Below are positions 1 to 9,430 of a DNA stretch of 64,000 bases, one piece after another; position 1 is the first letter of the stretch, and each line of letters opens with the position of its first letter. The stretch is from Candidatus Levybacteria bacterium RIFCSPHIGHO2_01_FULL_36_15b (GTDB lineage: Bacteria; Patescibacteriota; Microgenomatia; Levybacterales; UBA12049). Under the pieces are notes generated by a model. The model had not been told where the DNA came from, searched no databases, and saw nothing but the letters and a program-made list of their open reading frames with translations. Location of the stretch: NCBI GenBank assembly GCA_001782045.1, contig MFNK01000009.1, positions 7,516 to 71,515 on the forward strand, read 5' to 3'. The translations under genes were made by a program, and so were the position numbers.

Positions 1-1480
1 ACGTCAGTTAATAATAATAGTTGTGATTTTTTCAATATTTTCTTATCTACTCGTACCATTTGGTTTTGTAAAAAATGAGTTTTTCCCAAAATCCAACGGA
101 GACACACTTTCCGTCTCGGTCGAACTTCCTTCGGGAACAAACCTTAAGACATCTACTCAAGAATCCTTAAAAATTCTTAAAACTCTTGTAAAAACACCGG
201 AAACAGACCATGTAGTCCTAAACATAGGAGCAGGTTATAATCCTTTTGGTGGCGGAGTGTCAACGGAAAACATTTTCAATTACACGCTTATTTTTGACGA
301 AAATAAAAAACTAACCTCAGGAGAAATTGCAGATTATCTTCGAGCTGAATTTAAAAATTATAACAAAGGTAAGTTATCCGTAAATGAGGAAACCGGGGGA
401 CCGCCAGCAGGATCTGACATTCAAATCAAAATTTTTGGACCCGATCTTTCAACGCTTGATGCGTATGCCAATAAAGCTATCTCTTTTCTTAATAAAGAAC
501 CGAGTGCAACAAACGTTTCAAAATCAATAAAAGCAGGAACAAGCAAAATTGTTTTTGAGCCTGATGAACAAAGACTCGCAAGTTATTCACTTACACCCGA
601 TGCGGCAGGATTCTGGCTTAGGCTTTTTGCAACTGGAGTCAAGATAGATAGCATAAAACTTGATAAAGATACCAATACTTCTGAAGATATAACACTTAGA
701 ATGGGAAGAAAAATTCCAACTGCAGATGAAATTTCAGGAATAAGTATTCCAACCCAAACAGGAGTTGTTCCGATAACATCTTTAGGGTTTTTAAGACTTG
801 AGCCAAATCCGACATTGATTACAAGAGAAGACGGCAAGCGCACAATATCAGTAACTGCAGGGGTAAAAAGCGGGTATACAATTCCACAGGTTAATTCAAA
901 ACTTGAAGCTTACGCAAATGACGAACTTGATCTCCCGCTAGGTTATAGCTGGAAAACAGGAGGCGTAAATGAACAAAATCAAGAATCGGTAGGAGATATT
1001 TATAAGGCGATGATAATTTCTATACTTTTGATTGTTATTACTATGGTTTTGCAGTTTAGTTCTTTCAGACGCGCAATAATAGTTATTCTTGTAATTCCAT
1101 TGGCCGTTTCCGGAGTATTTGTAATTTTTGCACTTACTCAAACAGCACTTACTTTCCCGGCTTTGGTTGGGGTTTTGGCACTTTTTGGAATTGTTGTTAA
1201 GAATTCTATTCTTATTATGGATAGAATTGTAGCTAATATTAAAACAGGAATGGAATTTAGACGATCTATTGCAGATGCCGCATCATCCAGACTTGAGCCC
1301 ATAGCGCTTACATCAATTTGTGCAATAGTAGGCTTAATTCCAATAACGATTTCTGATCCTTTATGGAGGGGACTTGGTGGGGCAATAATTGCAGGGCTCA
1401 CCTTCAGCGGAACTATAATGCTTTTCTTTATCCCGGTAGTTTATTATATTGTTTTTAATCCAAAAAAGTCCAAAAAATAA
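1..1480 (+). CDS. RND-family efflux transporter permease, C-terminal half (5'-truncated by window edge)
   Basis: Read-through frame from position 1. C-terminal TM bundle with RND-type motifs (GIVVKNSILIMD..., LTSICAIVGLIPI), large periplasmic-loop-like region before it. The listed ORF starts at 23 but the reading frame is open from the window start. Confidence 0.6.
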   Translation, partial: RQLIIIVVIFSIFSYLLVPFGFVKNEFFPKSNGDTLSVSVELPSGTNLKTSTQESLKILKTLVKTPETDHVVLNIGAGYNPFGGGVSTENIFNYTLIFDENKKLTSGEIADYLRAEFKNYNKGKLSVNEETGGPPAGSDIQIKIFGPDLSTLDAYANKAISFLNKEPSATNVSKSIKAGTSKIVFEPDEQRLASYSLTPDAAGFWLRLFATGVKIDSIKLDKDTNTSEDITLRMGRKIPTADEISGISIPTQTGVVPITSLGFLRLEPNPTLITREDGKRTISVTAGVKSGYTIPQVNSKLEAYANDELDLPLGYSWKTGGVNEQNQESVGDIYKAMIISILLIVITMVLQFSSFRRAIIVILVIPLAVSGVFVIFALTQTALTFPALVGVLALFGIVVKNSILIMDRIVANIKTGMEFRRSIADAASSRLEPIALTSICAIVGLIPITISDPLWRGLGGAIIAGLTFSGTIMLFFIPVVYYIVFNPKKSKK

Positions 1481-1512
1481 AGTATTTTTACTTCCGAGAG
1501 TTTAATTTTATA

Positions 1513-1878
1513 GTGTATACTTTGTTTGTGGATAACAAAAGTTTTGAAAAACTTGTAGAAGAAGCACTTGATTCACTCCCTAAAGAATTTGCTGAAAAAT
1601 TAAAAAACGTAGCAGTTGTAATAGAAGATTTTCCTACTCATCAAAAACTTCAACAGTTAGGTTTACCGCCTTGGGGACTTTTATTTGGTCTTTACGAAGG
1701 TGTTCCCCAAACTAAAAGGGGAATTTATTATTCTTCTCCTCCTGATAAAATAACAATTTTTAAAAATTCAATTGAGAAAGTAGCGCAAACAAAAGAACAA
1801 ATAAAGGCACAGGTAAAATCAACTGTAATTCACGAAATAGGTCATCACTTCGGCCTTTCGGATAAAGAATTGCAATAG
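1513..1878 (+). CDS. Zincin-like metallopeptidase family protein (DUF1025/Zincin_1-like), HEIGHHFG motif
   Basis: 121 aa, GTG start. C-terminal HExxH (VIHEIGHHFGLSD) typical of the small Zincin_1 family. Confidence 0.55.
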   Translation: MYTLFVDNKSFEKLVEEALDSLPKEFAEKLKNVAVVIEDFPTHQKLQQLGLPPWGLLFGLYEGVPQTKRGIYYSSPPDKITIFKNSIEKVAQTKEQIKAQVKSTVIHEIGHHFGLSDKELQ

Positions 1879-1893
1879 AAGCTCTAAAATTAC

Positions 1894-2517
1894 TTACTCA
1901 GAGGGGCAATTTAGCTGCTGTAAGCAACTAGCTTTGTCATCTCCTGATAAATAGTTACATGTACTGCAGCTTGCTCCGGCTCCTGATTTTGGTAAAGTAA
2001 AACTTGATAGGTCTGTGAATTTAATATTTGAAGGAGGAGTAAATTTGCTAGCATCAACAAGCCAGGGCGTACACTTGTAATCTACTTTTTGGTCTGAATT
2101 GAAATATTGAACAAACTGTTGATTTGTCTTTAAATCTTCTTCCTTTAAGGTCATTTTGAAACCAGCTTCCAAATCTGTTCCCCACATATAATTAGTGTCC
2201 CCATCTCTTATTAAATAGAACACAGAAGTTTTTCCCTCATTTTTGGATGTTATATCACCTCTCATTTTTTTGCCGGAGAAATAAAATGTCCCGGTTGATG
2301 AACTATCGGAAGTCATATAAGAAAAATCACATTTTTGATTCGTGCCTTTTGAAAGAATCCCCCAAATATCGGTAGTTGATTTTTCATTTTGTACTGTAGT
2401 CGGGGTAATATTTGTAGCTGTTTGATTTGCTTGCTTGTTCTGTCCCAAAACCAAAAAGCCGCCGATCCCAAGAAGCAAAACTAAAACTACGATGGCACCG
2501 ACAACCTTAGTATTCAT
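1894..2517 (-). CDS. hypothetical exported protein (N-terminal TM/signal, 6 Cys)
   Basis: 207 aa. Hydrophobic N-terminus VGAIVVLVLLLGIGGFLVLG followed by a Thr/Ser-rich region and Cys residues. Confidence 0.45.
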   Translation of the reverse strand: MNTKVVGAIVVLVLLLGIGGFLVLGQNKQANQTATNITPTTVQNEKSTTDIWGILSKGTNQKCDFSYMTSDSSSTGTFYFSGKKMRGDITSKNEGKTSVFYLIRDGDTNYMWGTDLEAGFKMTLKEEDLKTNQQFVQYFNSDQKVDYKCTPWLVDASKFTPPSNIKFTDLSSFTLPKSGAGASCSTCNYLSGDDKASCLQQLNCPSE

Positions 2518-2605
2518 AGGCTGATTTTATACCTGGTTTTGCAAGAAGTCAATCATTGTTTACAAAGACTTGACAAATGGCCTACGGATGCGCTCATAAT
2601 AGAGT

Positions 2606-2761
2606 ATGGCAAAGAAAAACAAACCCAAGTATAAGCATTTTCAGCTTCATGGAAAGCACACAAACCAGGAAGTTCTTGTTTATATTGTTGTAGTTTTAAC
2701 TATTTCGTTTATGGTAGGAATTGTTTTGAAAATGCAGTTTCTTACTTTTGCAGCCCGCTAG
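2606..2761 (+). CDS. hypothetical small membrane peptide (51 aa), convergently overlaps the metG stop
   Basis: ATG at 2606. Basic N-terminus followed by one hydrophobic helix (VLVYIVVVLTISFMVGIVL). Upstream TTGACA-N18-tcATAAT. Not in the supplied ORF track (<60 aa). Confidence 0.25.
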   Translation: MAKKNKPKYKHFQLHGKHTNQEVLVYIVVVLTISFMVGIVLKMQFLTFAAR

Positions 2762-4206
2762 ATTCTTGGAAATAGAGCATCACCCGATTTAATTTCCGCT
2801 TTAGAAAATTGTTTTTGTATTTTATCGGAGGTTTCCGGCAAGAAAGGAGACAAAAGTGCTGCAATTTCATATATTTGATCAACAGAGTGTGCAAGAAGAG
2901 AATTTAAATCCTTGCCCTTATGATTCGAGGAAACTTTTAGAAGCTCCCATGGTTTCTCATCGTTTATAAATTTGTCGAGCTTTGAGATTTTATTCCAAAT
3001 TAAAGCAAGAGCCTCGTTAAATCTAAATTCTTCAAGTAATTTTTTATAGTCACCGTAAATATCAATCAAATGAATTGCACGAGGAGATGCAAATTGTTTA
3101 AATGCTGCATTTTCACATAACTTACTTACTCTTGATACTAAATTTCCAAGTCCATTTGCAAGGTCACTGTTATAAACCTTTTCAAGTTTTTCAACAGAAA
3201 AATCACCGTCCGAAAAAGGTGAATTTTCGGAAAGCAGATAGTATCTCAAAGAATCCACACCATATTTATTTATTATTTCAATTGGATCAATAACATTTCC
3301 TATTGTTTTTGACATTTTTTGACCATTTACCGTAAAGTAACCATGAACAAATAGGGCATTAGGAAGTGCAAGTCCTGCAGACAATAAGAATGCAGGCCAG
3401 TAAATAGCATGGAATCTAATTATTCCTTTTCCTATAACGTGTAAATCCGCAGGCCACCATTTCTTATATTCTTGCTCGTTTGAATTAAAACCTATTCCTG
3501 ATTGATAAATATTGAGTGCATCAAACCAAACGTACATACGCTGATTATCATCGTCTGGTACCGGAACTCCCCAGTTTTTAGCACGTTTGTTGCTTCTTGA
3601 AATACTAATGTCTTTTAAACCTTCTTTTAAAAAACCCAAAACTTCGTTTTTTCTATATTGGGGATATATTTTAAGCTTGTCGGAATCTATTAGGTCTTTA
3701 ATTTGTTTTTCGTACTTTGAAAGTTTAAAAAAATAGTTTGTTTCGCTTACTTCTTCCAATGGTTTCCCAGGGTGCTCGAAGCACTGTCCGTTTTCATCAA
3801 GTTCTGATTTTTCATAAAAAAGTTCACACCCGACACAATAAAGCCCGGTATATTCCTTTTTATAAATATCATGCTGGCATAATTCCCAAAGTTTCTGCGA
3901 TGCCTGGTGATGCACCCTAGAGCTTCCTCTTTGAAATACATCAAATTCAATATTTAATGCTTTTGCTAAATCTTCAAACTCTTTTGAGTGAGTATCTAAA
4001 AATTTCTGAACCTCTACGCCTTCTTTTTCAGCTGCCTGAACATTTTTAATTGCATTTTCATCCGCACCCGATAAAAGTAAAACTTCTTCTCCTAAGCTTT
4101 TTCTAAATCTTTTTATCACATCCGCCTGCACAAATTCCAAAGCATGGCCTACATGAGGCTTTGCATTCACGTACGGAATAGCTGTAGTTAAATAATATTT
4201 GTTCAT
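2758..4206 (-). CDS. metG: methionine--tRNA ligase (short form, 482 aa)
   Basis: Class I aaRS with HIGH motif (PHVGHALE) and KMSKS (QKMSKTIGN). MetRS-type N-terminus AIPYVNAKPHVGH. Confidence 0.9.
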   Translation of the reverse strand: MNKYYLTTAIPYVNAKPHVGHALEFVQADVIKRFRKSLGEEVLLLSGADENAIKNVQAAEKEGVEVQKFLDTHSKEFEDLAKALNIEFDVFQRGSSRVHHQASQKLWELCQHDIYKKEYTGLYCVGCELFYEKSELDENGQCFEHPGKPLEEVSETNYFFKLSKYEKQIKDLIDSDKLKIYPQYRKNEVLGFLKEGLKDISISRSNKRAKNWGVPVPDDDNQRMYVWFDALNIYQSGIGFNSNEQEYKKWWPADLHVIGKGIIRFHAIYWPAFLLSAGLALPNALFVHGYFTVNGQKMSKTIGNVIDPIEIINKYGVDSLRYYLLSENSPFSDGDFSVEKLEKVYNSDLANGLGNLVSRVSKLCENAAFKQFASPRAIHLIDIYGDYKKLLEEFRFNEALALIWNKISKLDKFINDEKPWELLKVSSNHKGKDLNSLLAHSVDQIYEIAALLSPFLPETSDKIQKQFSKAEIKSGDALFPRI

Positions 4207-4220
4207 AGCTTCAGATTATA

Positions 4221-4562
4221 TCAGAGTTTCTTCTTTTCTCTAAACAAAATCTCAAGTCCCACAAAGAAAATTATAATCAGAAGAGGAAAAAGAGCCTGAT
4301 TTAATTTATAAAATCTAAGCAAAAGAAAAATTAAAATAGCAAGGCTGATAAAAGCACCTCTTCTTTTATTTGCTAAAGTAAACCAGGATATAGACCAAGT
4401 AAAAATAAAAAATGCTAATGCTGCAATTGGAAGAATAGGGATTTCAATAGAATATAAAGGTAAACTAAATTTTGGGGGAAAGAAAAAAACGAGATACAAA
4501 AGTGCTGCAAAAGAAAAAAACGAGATAAGAAGAAGATACAAAAGTGATTTTCTTTTACGCAT
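4221..4562 (-). CDS. hypothetical integral membrane protein
   Basis: 113 aa, 3-4 predicted TM helices, no recognisable motif. Confidence 0.4.
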   Translation of the reverse strand: MRKRKSLLYLLLISFFSFAALLYLVFFFPPKFSLPLYSIEIPILPIAALAFFIFTWSISWFTLANKRRGAFISLAILIFLLLRFYKLNQALFPLLIIIFFVGLEILFREKKKL

Positions 4563-4597
4563 ATATAAAGTTTAGCACAAGGTGATATAATGCAGCC

Positions 4598-4765
4598 ATG
4601 AATTTAGAATCGGAATTCAGTATCTCTAAGTCAAACAGAAGACGCGTTCAGGAAAAAGTAGAAAATCCTCAACACCCGTTTAAAATAATAGTACACGAAA
4701 GAACAAGAAAAAAGCTTGAAAAACGCGCCCACATCCTAGAAAGAAAAGCAGTAAAAAGAAAGTAA
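4598..4765 (+). CDS. hypothetical small highly basic protein (55 aa)
   Basis: ATG at 4598 directly after a gaTATAAT -10 box. Very K/R-rich (SKSNRRRVQEK...RKKLEKRAHILERKAVKRK). Not in the ORF track (<60 aa). Confidence 0.3.
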   Translation: MNLESEFSISKSNRRRVQEKVENPQHPFKIIVHERTRKKLEKRAHILERKAVKRK

Positions 4766-4804
4766 CCTAATAAATTTGCAATTTACTGCTATAATAGTCC
4801 GATT

Positions 4805-5134
4805 ATGAGCGAAAGGTTCAAAAAACCATTGCCTGAACATGCAGGATTGCGCAGTAAAATAGTTGGAACTCTTCAGAAAGTGGATCAAGCAAAGTCAAAG
4901 ATTTGGCAGACAGACGCTGCTTATAATTATTTGCCTACAAGTTCACAGCAAATTGTAGACGATATGGTTGAAGGAACTACTGATGGAATTAAGGCAGCAA
5001 ACGACATGGAATGGGTTTTGGCAGCAAACGAAGAGGGACTGGATCCAGACACAATTGTTAGAATGTGGGAAAGAATTGAACAAAAACCTGTTAAAGAACT
5101 CTCTACAGATTTATACTCTTCAAGAATTCATTAA
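4805..5134 (+). CDS. hypothetical protein
   Basis: 109 aa, preceded by an extended -10 (tgcTATAAT). No recognisable domain. Confidence 0.45.
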   Translation: MSERFKKPLPEHAGLRSKIVGTLQKVDQAKSKIWQTDAAYNYLPTSSQQIVDDMVEGTTDGIKAANDMEWVLAANEEGLDPDTIVRMWERIEQKPVKELSTDLYSSRIH

Positions 5135-5226
5135 ATAACCTTCTGAACCATTCGACTAAGAACTCTTGATCCATTCGACTCACTTCTTTCGCTCAGGATC
5201 AATACCTAATTCTTTGAAAATAGGTA

Positions 5227-5263
5227 TTGACAACTATTAGCAGTTATGATATGTTACTGCTAA
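5227..5263 (+). promoter_or_regulatory. sigma-70-like promoter (-35 TTGACA at 5227-5232) overlapped by a CIRCE operator (TTAGCAGTT-N9-TACTGCTAA, 5237-5263) upstream of hrcA-grpE-dnaK-dnaJ
   Basis: 9-N9-9 inverted repeat matching the CIRCE consensus TTAGCACTC-N9-GAGTGCTAA at 7-8 of 9 positions per arm. Sits immediately downstream of a perfect TTGACA and precedes the HrcA-repressor operon. Confidence 0.7.
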
Positions 5264-5339
5264 CCTCGATACATCGCAATTAGGCAGAACAATTTACTCT
5301 GCAAGCGAGTATCTGGGCCGAGCTTATTTGAAAATTTAT

Positions 5340-6071
5340 ATGCATGATTTAACAGCAAGGCAGGTTGAGATCTTAAAAAGCTTAATAGAGGAATACATAG
5401 AAACAGCAGAGCCAGTTGGTTCTGAGACTTTGGAGAAAAAGCATAATTTAAGCGCATCTCCGGCAACAATAAGAAATGAAATGGTGCGCTTGACAGAGTT
5501 GGGATATTTAAAAAAACCGCATATTTCGGCAGGAAGAATTCCAACTCCGGAAGGAATGAAGTTCTATGTAAAGCAGCTGATGAAGGAAAAAGAACTTTCA
5601 GTTGCAGAAGAAGTTTCATTAAAAGAAAAAGTATGGGATTTAAGAGAAAAGGAAAAAGATTTTTTAAGAGAGCTTACTAAAGCTTTAGCGGAAAGAACTA
5701 ATGCATTGGCTGTTACAACGACAAACGACGGAGATTTATTTTGTGCAGGATATGCAAATTTATTAGATTCACCGGAGTTTTTCGATATTGATGTAACTAA
5801 AAATTTACTTTCTGCAATTGATGAAATAAATTATTTTCAAGGTTTGTTTGAAGGACAAGAGGACGATGACGATACACATATATTACTTGGAGAAGAACTT
5901 GGTCCTAAATTAAACGGACCGTACGGTTTTGTTTACAGAAAGTATACAACTCCGGCAAGATTAAAAGGAGAAGTTGGAGTATTAGGTCCGGCGAGGCTAA
6001 ATTACAATCTTGTTGTCCCAACGGTTAGATATTTCGGAAATTTAATAGAGGAAATAGCAAAAGGCTGGTAA
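5340..6071 (+). CDS. hrcA: heat-inducible transcription repressor HrcA (short, ~243 aa)
   Basis: N-terminal wHTH (LTARQVEILKSLIEEYIETAEPVGSETL...SPATIRNEMVRLTELGYL) aligns with HrcA N-termini. The ORF track starts at a TTG (5328); ATG 5340 (MHDLTARQ) fits HrcA N-termini better. Confidence 0.8.
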   Translation: MHDLTARQVEILKSLIEEYIETAEPVGSETLEKKHNLSASPATIRNEMVRLTELGYLKKPHISAGRIPTPEGMKFYVKQLMKEKELSVAEEVSLKEKVWDLREKEKDFLRELTKALAERTNALAVTTTNDGDLFCAGYANLLDSPEFFDIDVTKNLLSAIDEINYFQGLFEGQEDDDDTHILLGEELGPKLNGPYGFVYRKYTTPARLKGEVGVLGPARLNYNLVVPTVRYFGNLIEEIAKGW

Positions 6072-6512
6072 ATGTTCGCAATGAAAAAAAAACATGAAGA
6101 TAAAAATGAAAATCATAGACAGAACCTTGAAAACCAACTAAAAAGAGCGGTAGCGGACTATCAGAATCTTGAAAAAAGGATAGCTATGGAAAAGGCGGAT
6201 TGGATAAGGCTATCTAACAAAGATTTACTTTTAAGACTGCTGCCTGGTCTTGACAGTTTAATTTTGGCACAAAAACATACTCAAGATGAAGGAGTAAAAA
6301 TTGCCATAAAGCATTTTTTAGAAATTCTTGAGCAAGAGGGAGTCAAAAAAATAGAAACAGAAGGAAAGGATTTTGACCCTAATCTGATGGAAGTAGTAGC
6401 AACGCGAGAAGGAGATGCAGGAAAAGTGCTAGAAGAAACAAGAACGGGATATGCGCTGGGTGATAAAGTATTAAGACCCGCTCAAGTAATAGTTGGGGGG
6501 CAAGAAAATTAA
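6072..6512 (+). CDS. grpE: nucleotide exchange factor GrpE
   Basis: 146 aa; coiled-coil N-terminus and GrpE C-terminal region; sits between hrcA and dnaK. Confidence 0.8.
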   Translation: MFAMKKKHEDKNENHRQNLENQLKRAVADYQNLEKRIAMEKADWIRLSNKDLLLRLLPGLDSLILAQKHTQDEGVKIAIKHFLEILEQEGVKKIETEGKDFDPNLMEVVATREGDAGKVLEETRTGYALGDKVLRPAQVIVGGQEN

Positions 6513-6514
6513 AT

Positions 6515-8422
6515 ATGGGAAAAATAATAGGAATTGATTTAGGTACAACGAATTCGGCTGTAGCCGTAATGGAAGGCGGAAGTCCGAAAATTATACATTC
6601 TGCAGAAGGAAGGAATGTTATTCCCTCTGTGGTTGACCCTGTATCTCATATAGTGGGCGATGTCGCAAAAAGACAGATGGTTTTAAAACCCAAGACCACA
6701 ATTTTTTCGATAAAAAGATTAATGGGAAAGAAATTTACCGACGAGTCAGTGCAATTTGATATGAAGTGGCTTCCATATACGATAAAAAGCGGCCGAGACG
6801 GGATGGCAGTAGTTGAGGTAGAAGGAAGAACTTTCACACCTCAGGAAATTTCTGCGAAAATTTTGCAAAAGATTAAAGCCGATGCTGAAGCCTATCTAGG
6901 AAGCAAGGTATCGCAAGCAGTTATAACGGTACCTGCATATTTTGACGATAGTCAGAGACAGGCAACAAAACAAGCAGGAGAAATAGCAGGACTTGAAGTA
7001 CTTAGGATCATAAATGAACCCACTGCAGCTTCACTAGCTTATGGATTGGACAAGAAAAATGCTCATACAATTGCAGTCTACGATTTAGGCGGAGGGACTT
7101 TTGACATTTCTATTCTTGAACTTGGAGAAGGAGTTTACGAAGTAAAATCTACGAATGGCGATACTCATTTAGGAGGAGACGATTTTGATCAGGTAATTGT
7201 AGATTACCTTGCTGAGGAATTTAAAAAAGAAAACGGAGTTGATTTAAAAAAAGACCCGCAAGCACTGCAAAGATTAAGAGAATCTGCAGAAAAAGCAAAA
7301 ATTGAGCTTTCAAGTTCAGCTGAAGCACAAATTAATCAGCCATTTATAACACAAGGAAGTGCCGGACCGCTTCATTTAACAGTTACATTAACAAGAGCAA
7401 AGCTAGAGCAGATAGTTGATCCGCTTATTCAAAAATCCATAAAGCCTGTTGAGCTTGCCTTAAAAGATGCCAAAGTTAAGGTAACAGACATAGATGAAAT
7501 AGTTTTAGTGGGTGGAATGACTAGAATGCCAAAAGTAGTTGAAGCTGTAACTAAGTTTTTCGGAAAAGAGCCAAACAAAAGTGTCAATCCCGATGAAGTT
7601 GTAGCTGTAGGAGCCGCAGTACAGGCAGGAGTTTTAGGTGGAGAGGTAAAAGACGTGTTGCTTTTAGACGTTACGCCTCTTACCCTTGGAATCGAAACTT
7701 TGGGAGCCGTATCAACACCATTAATCGAGCGAAATACAACAATACCTTCTTCTAAATCTCAAGTTTTCTCGACTGCGGCAGACAATCAAACCCAAGTTGA
7801 AATAAATGTTTTACAGGGAGAGCGTCCAATGGCAGCAGATAATAAATCATTAGGAAGATTTATATTAGATGGAATTCCGCCATCTCCTAGAGGAGTTCCT
7901 CAAATAGAAGTTACATTTGATATTGATGCGAATGGAATATTACATGTTAAAGCACAGGATAAGGCTACTGGAAAAGAACAAAGTATTAAAATAGAAGGTT
8001 CAACCGGCCTAACTAAAGAAGAAGTTGAAAAAATGACCAAAGAGGCCGAAGCTCATGCGACAGAGGATGCAGAAAAAAAATCAAAAGTTGAGGCAAGAAA
8101 TCAGGCAGACTCTTTGATATTTACAGCCGAAAAAACACTAAAAGACGCAGGAGACAAAGTTGCAGAAGATAGCAAAAAAGAAATAGAAGAAAAAATTGCA
8201 GCCTTAAAGGGAATATTAGATAGCGGATCGAAGGAGGATTTGGAGATTAAATCAAAAGAACTTTCAGACGCTTTGCAAAAAGTTGGAGAAGCTATGTATA
8301 AAAAGCAAGAAGATCAAGCACAACAGCCTCAAGCAGAAGAGACTCAAGGTGAACCAGGTGCGGAAGAACAGCCTCAAAAAGACAAAAAGGACGAGCCGGT
8401 AGAGGGTGAAGTTGTTAACTAA
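6515..8422 (+). CDS. dnaK: molecular chaperone DnaK (Hsp70)
   Basis: Hsp70 signatures ([26 protein letters not shown]). 635 aa with acidic C-terminus. Confidence 0.95.
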   Translation: MGKIIGIDLGTTNSAVAVMEGGSPKIIHSAEGRNVIPSVVDPVSHIVGDVAKRQMVLKPKTTIFSIKRLMGKKFTDESVQFDMKWLPYTIKSGRDGMAVVEVEGRTFTPQEISAKILQKIKADAEAYLGSKVSQAVITVPAYFDDSQRQATKQAGEIAGLEVLRIINEPTAASLAYGLDKKNAHTIAVYDLGGGTFDISILELGEGVYEVKSTNGDTHLGGDDFDQVIVDYLAEEFKKENGVDLKKDPQALQRLRESAEKAKIELSSSAEAQINQPFITQGSAGPLHLTVTLTRAKLEQIVDPLIQKSIKPVELALKDAKVKVTDIDEIVLVGGMTRMPKVVEAVTKFFGKEPNKSVNPDEVVAVGAAVQAGVLGGEVKDVLLLDVTPLTLGIETLGAVSTPLIERNTTIPSSKSQVFSTAADNQTQVEINVLQGERPMAADNKSLGRFILDGIPPSPRGVPQIEVTFDIDANGILHVKAQDKATGKEQSIKIEGSTGLTKEEVEKMTKEAEAHATEDAEKKSKVEARNQADSLIFTAEKTLKDAGDKVAEDSKKEIEEKIAALKGILDSGSKEDLEIKSKELSDALQKVGEAMYKKQEDQAQQPQAEETQGEPGAEEQPQKDKKDEPVEGEVVN

Positions 8423-8486
8423 TTTTAAAGGAAAATATTTAAAAACAAGCGCGGATAACGCGCTTTTATAATATAATAGAGAAATT

Positions 8487-9371
8487 ATGGCAGCAAAAGA
8501 TTACTATTCAATTCTAGGAATTTCTAAAAATGCCACAGAAACTGAAATAAAAAAAGCTTATAGAAAGCTTGCGTTAGAATATCATCCGGATAGAAATAAA
8601 AGCAAAGAAGCCGAGGGTAAGTTTAAGGAGATAACAAAAGCGTACGAAGTTTTGTCCGACTCTCAAAAAAGAAAAACCTACGACCAGTTTGGAGAGGCAG
8701 CTTTTGAGCAAGGAGGACCAGGAGCAGGGGGTCCGTTTGGTGGGTTCGGTGGATTTTCGGGGCAACAGGGTCCATTCACTTATACATATACAACATCAGG
8801 GGATGGAGCCGGTTTTGATTTCGGAGGTTTTTCCGACCCTTTTGAAATTTTTGAACAATTTTTCGGAGGGGCAAATCCTTTCGGGCAAAGAGCGCAACAG
8901 AGACCCGTATACTCGCTCAATATTTCCTTTATGGAAGCAGTAAAGGGAACGACAAAAAGAGTAAATATGGGGGGAAGAACTCAAACCATAAAAATTCCCG
9001 CAGGTGTTGACACCGGATCAAGAATTAGATTTGGAGACTCAGATATAATTATGGAGGTTGAGCCGCACTCCAAATTTAAAAGGCAGGGATACGATGTAGT
9101 TTCGGAAGAAGATCTTTCTTTTCCTAAAGCTGCTTTGGGAACAAATTTAGATGTAGAAACTATAGAAGGAAATGTAAAAATTAAAATTCCTGCCGGCACA
9201 CAACCGGATACGCTTATTAGGCTTCGAGGAAAAGGCGTTTCACATCTTGCAGGAAGCGGAAAAGGCGATCATTATGTAAGAATCAGGATCCTAATTCCCA
9301 AAAATTTAACCTCCAAACAGAAAGAATTACTTAAAGAATTCGATGGCGAGAAAAAATCAGGCTGGTTTTAA
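8487..9371 (+). CDS. dnaJ: DnaJ-family co-chaperone lacking the Cys-rich zinc-finger domain (CbpA/type II-like)
   Basis: J domain with HPD motif (YHPDRN), G/F-rich linker, C-terminal substrate-binding domains. No CxxCxGxG repeats. Confidence 0.75.
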   Translation: MAAKDYYSILGISKNATETEIKKAYRKLALEYHPDRNKSKEAEGKFKEITKAYEVLSDSQKRKTYDQFGEAAFEQGGPGAGGPFGGFGGFSGQQGPFTYTYTTSGDGAGFDFGGFSDPFEIFEQFFGGANPFGQRAQQRPVYSLNISFMEAVKGTTKRVNMGGRTQTIKIPAGVDTGSRIRFGDSDIIMEVEPHSKFKRQGYDVVSEEDLSFPKAALGTNLDVETIEGNVKIKIPAGTQPDTLIRLRGKGVSHLAGSGKGDHYVRIRILIPKNLTSKQKELLKEFDGEKKSGWF

Positions 9372-9430
9372 ATCCCTCAAATCGTCCTATAGTTGAAAAA
9401 ACACCATGAAAATGCTAATATTTACGTCTC

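Noticed and set aside
5260-5619. 119-aa minus-strand ORF overlapping the hrcA start and CIRCE
   Set aside because: Overlaps the well-supported hrcA N-terminus and operator. No SD or promoter. Judged spurious.
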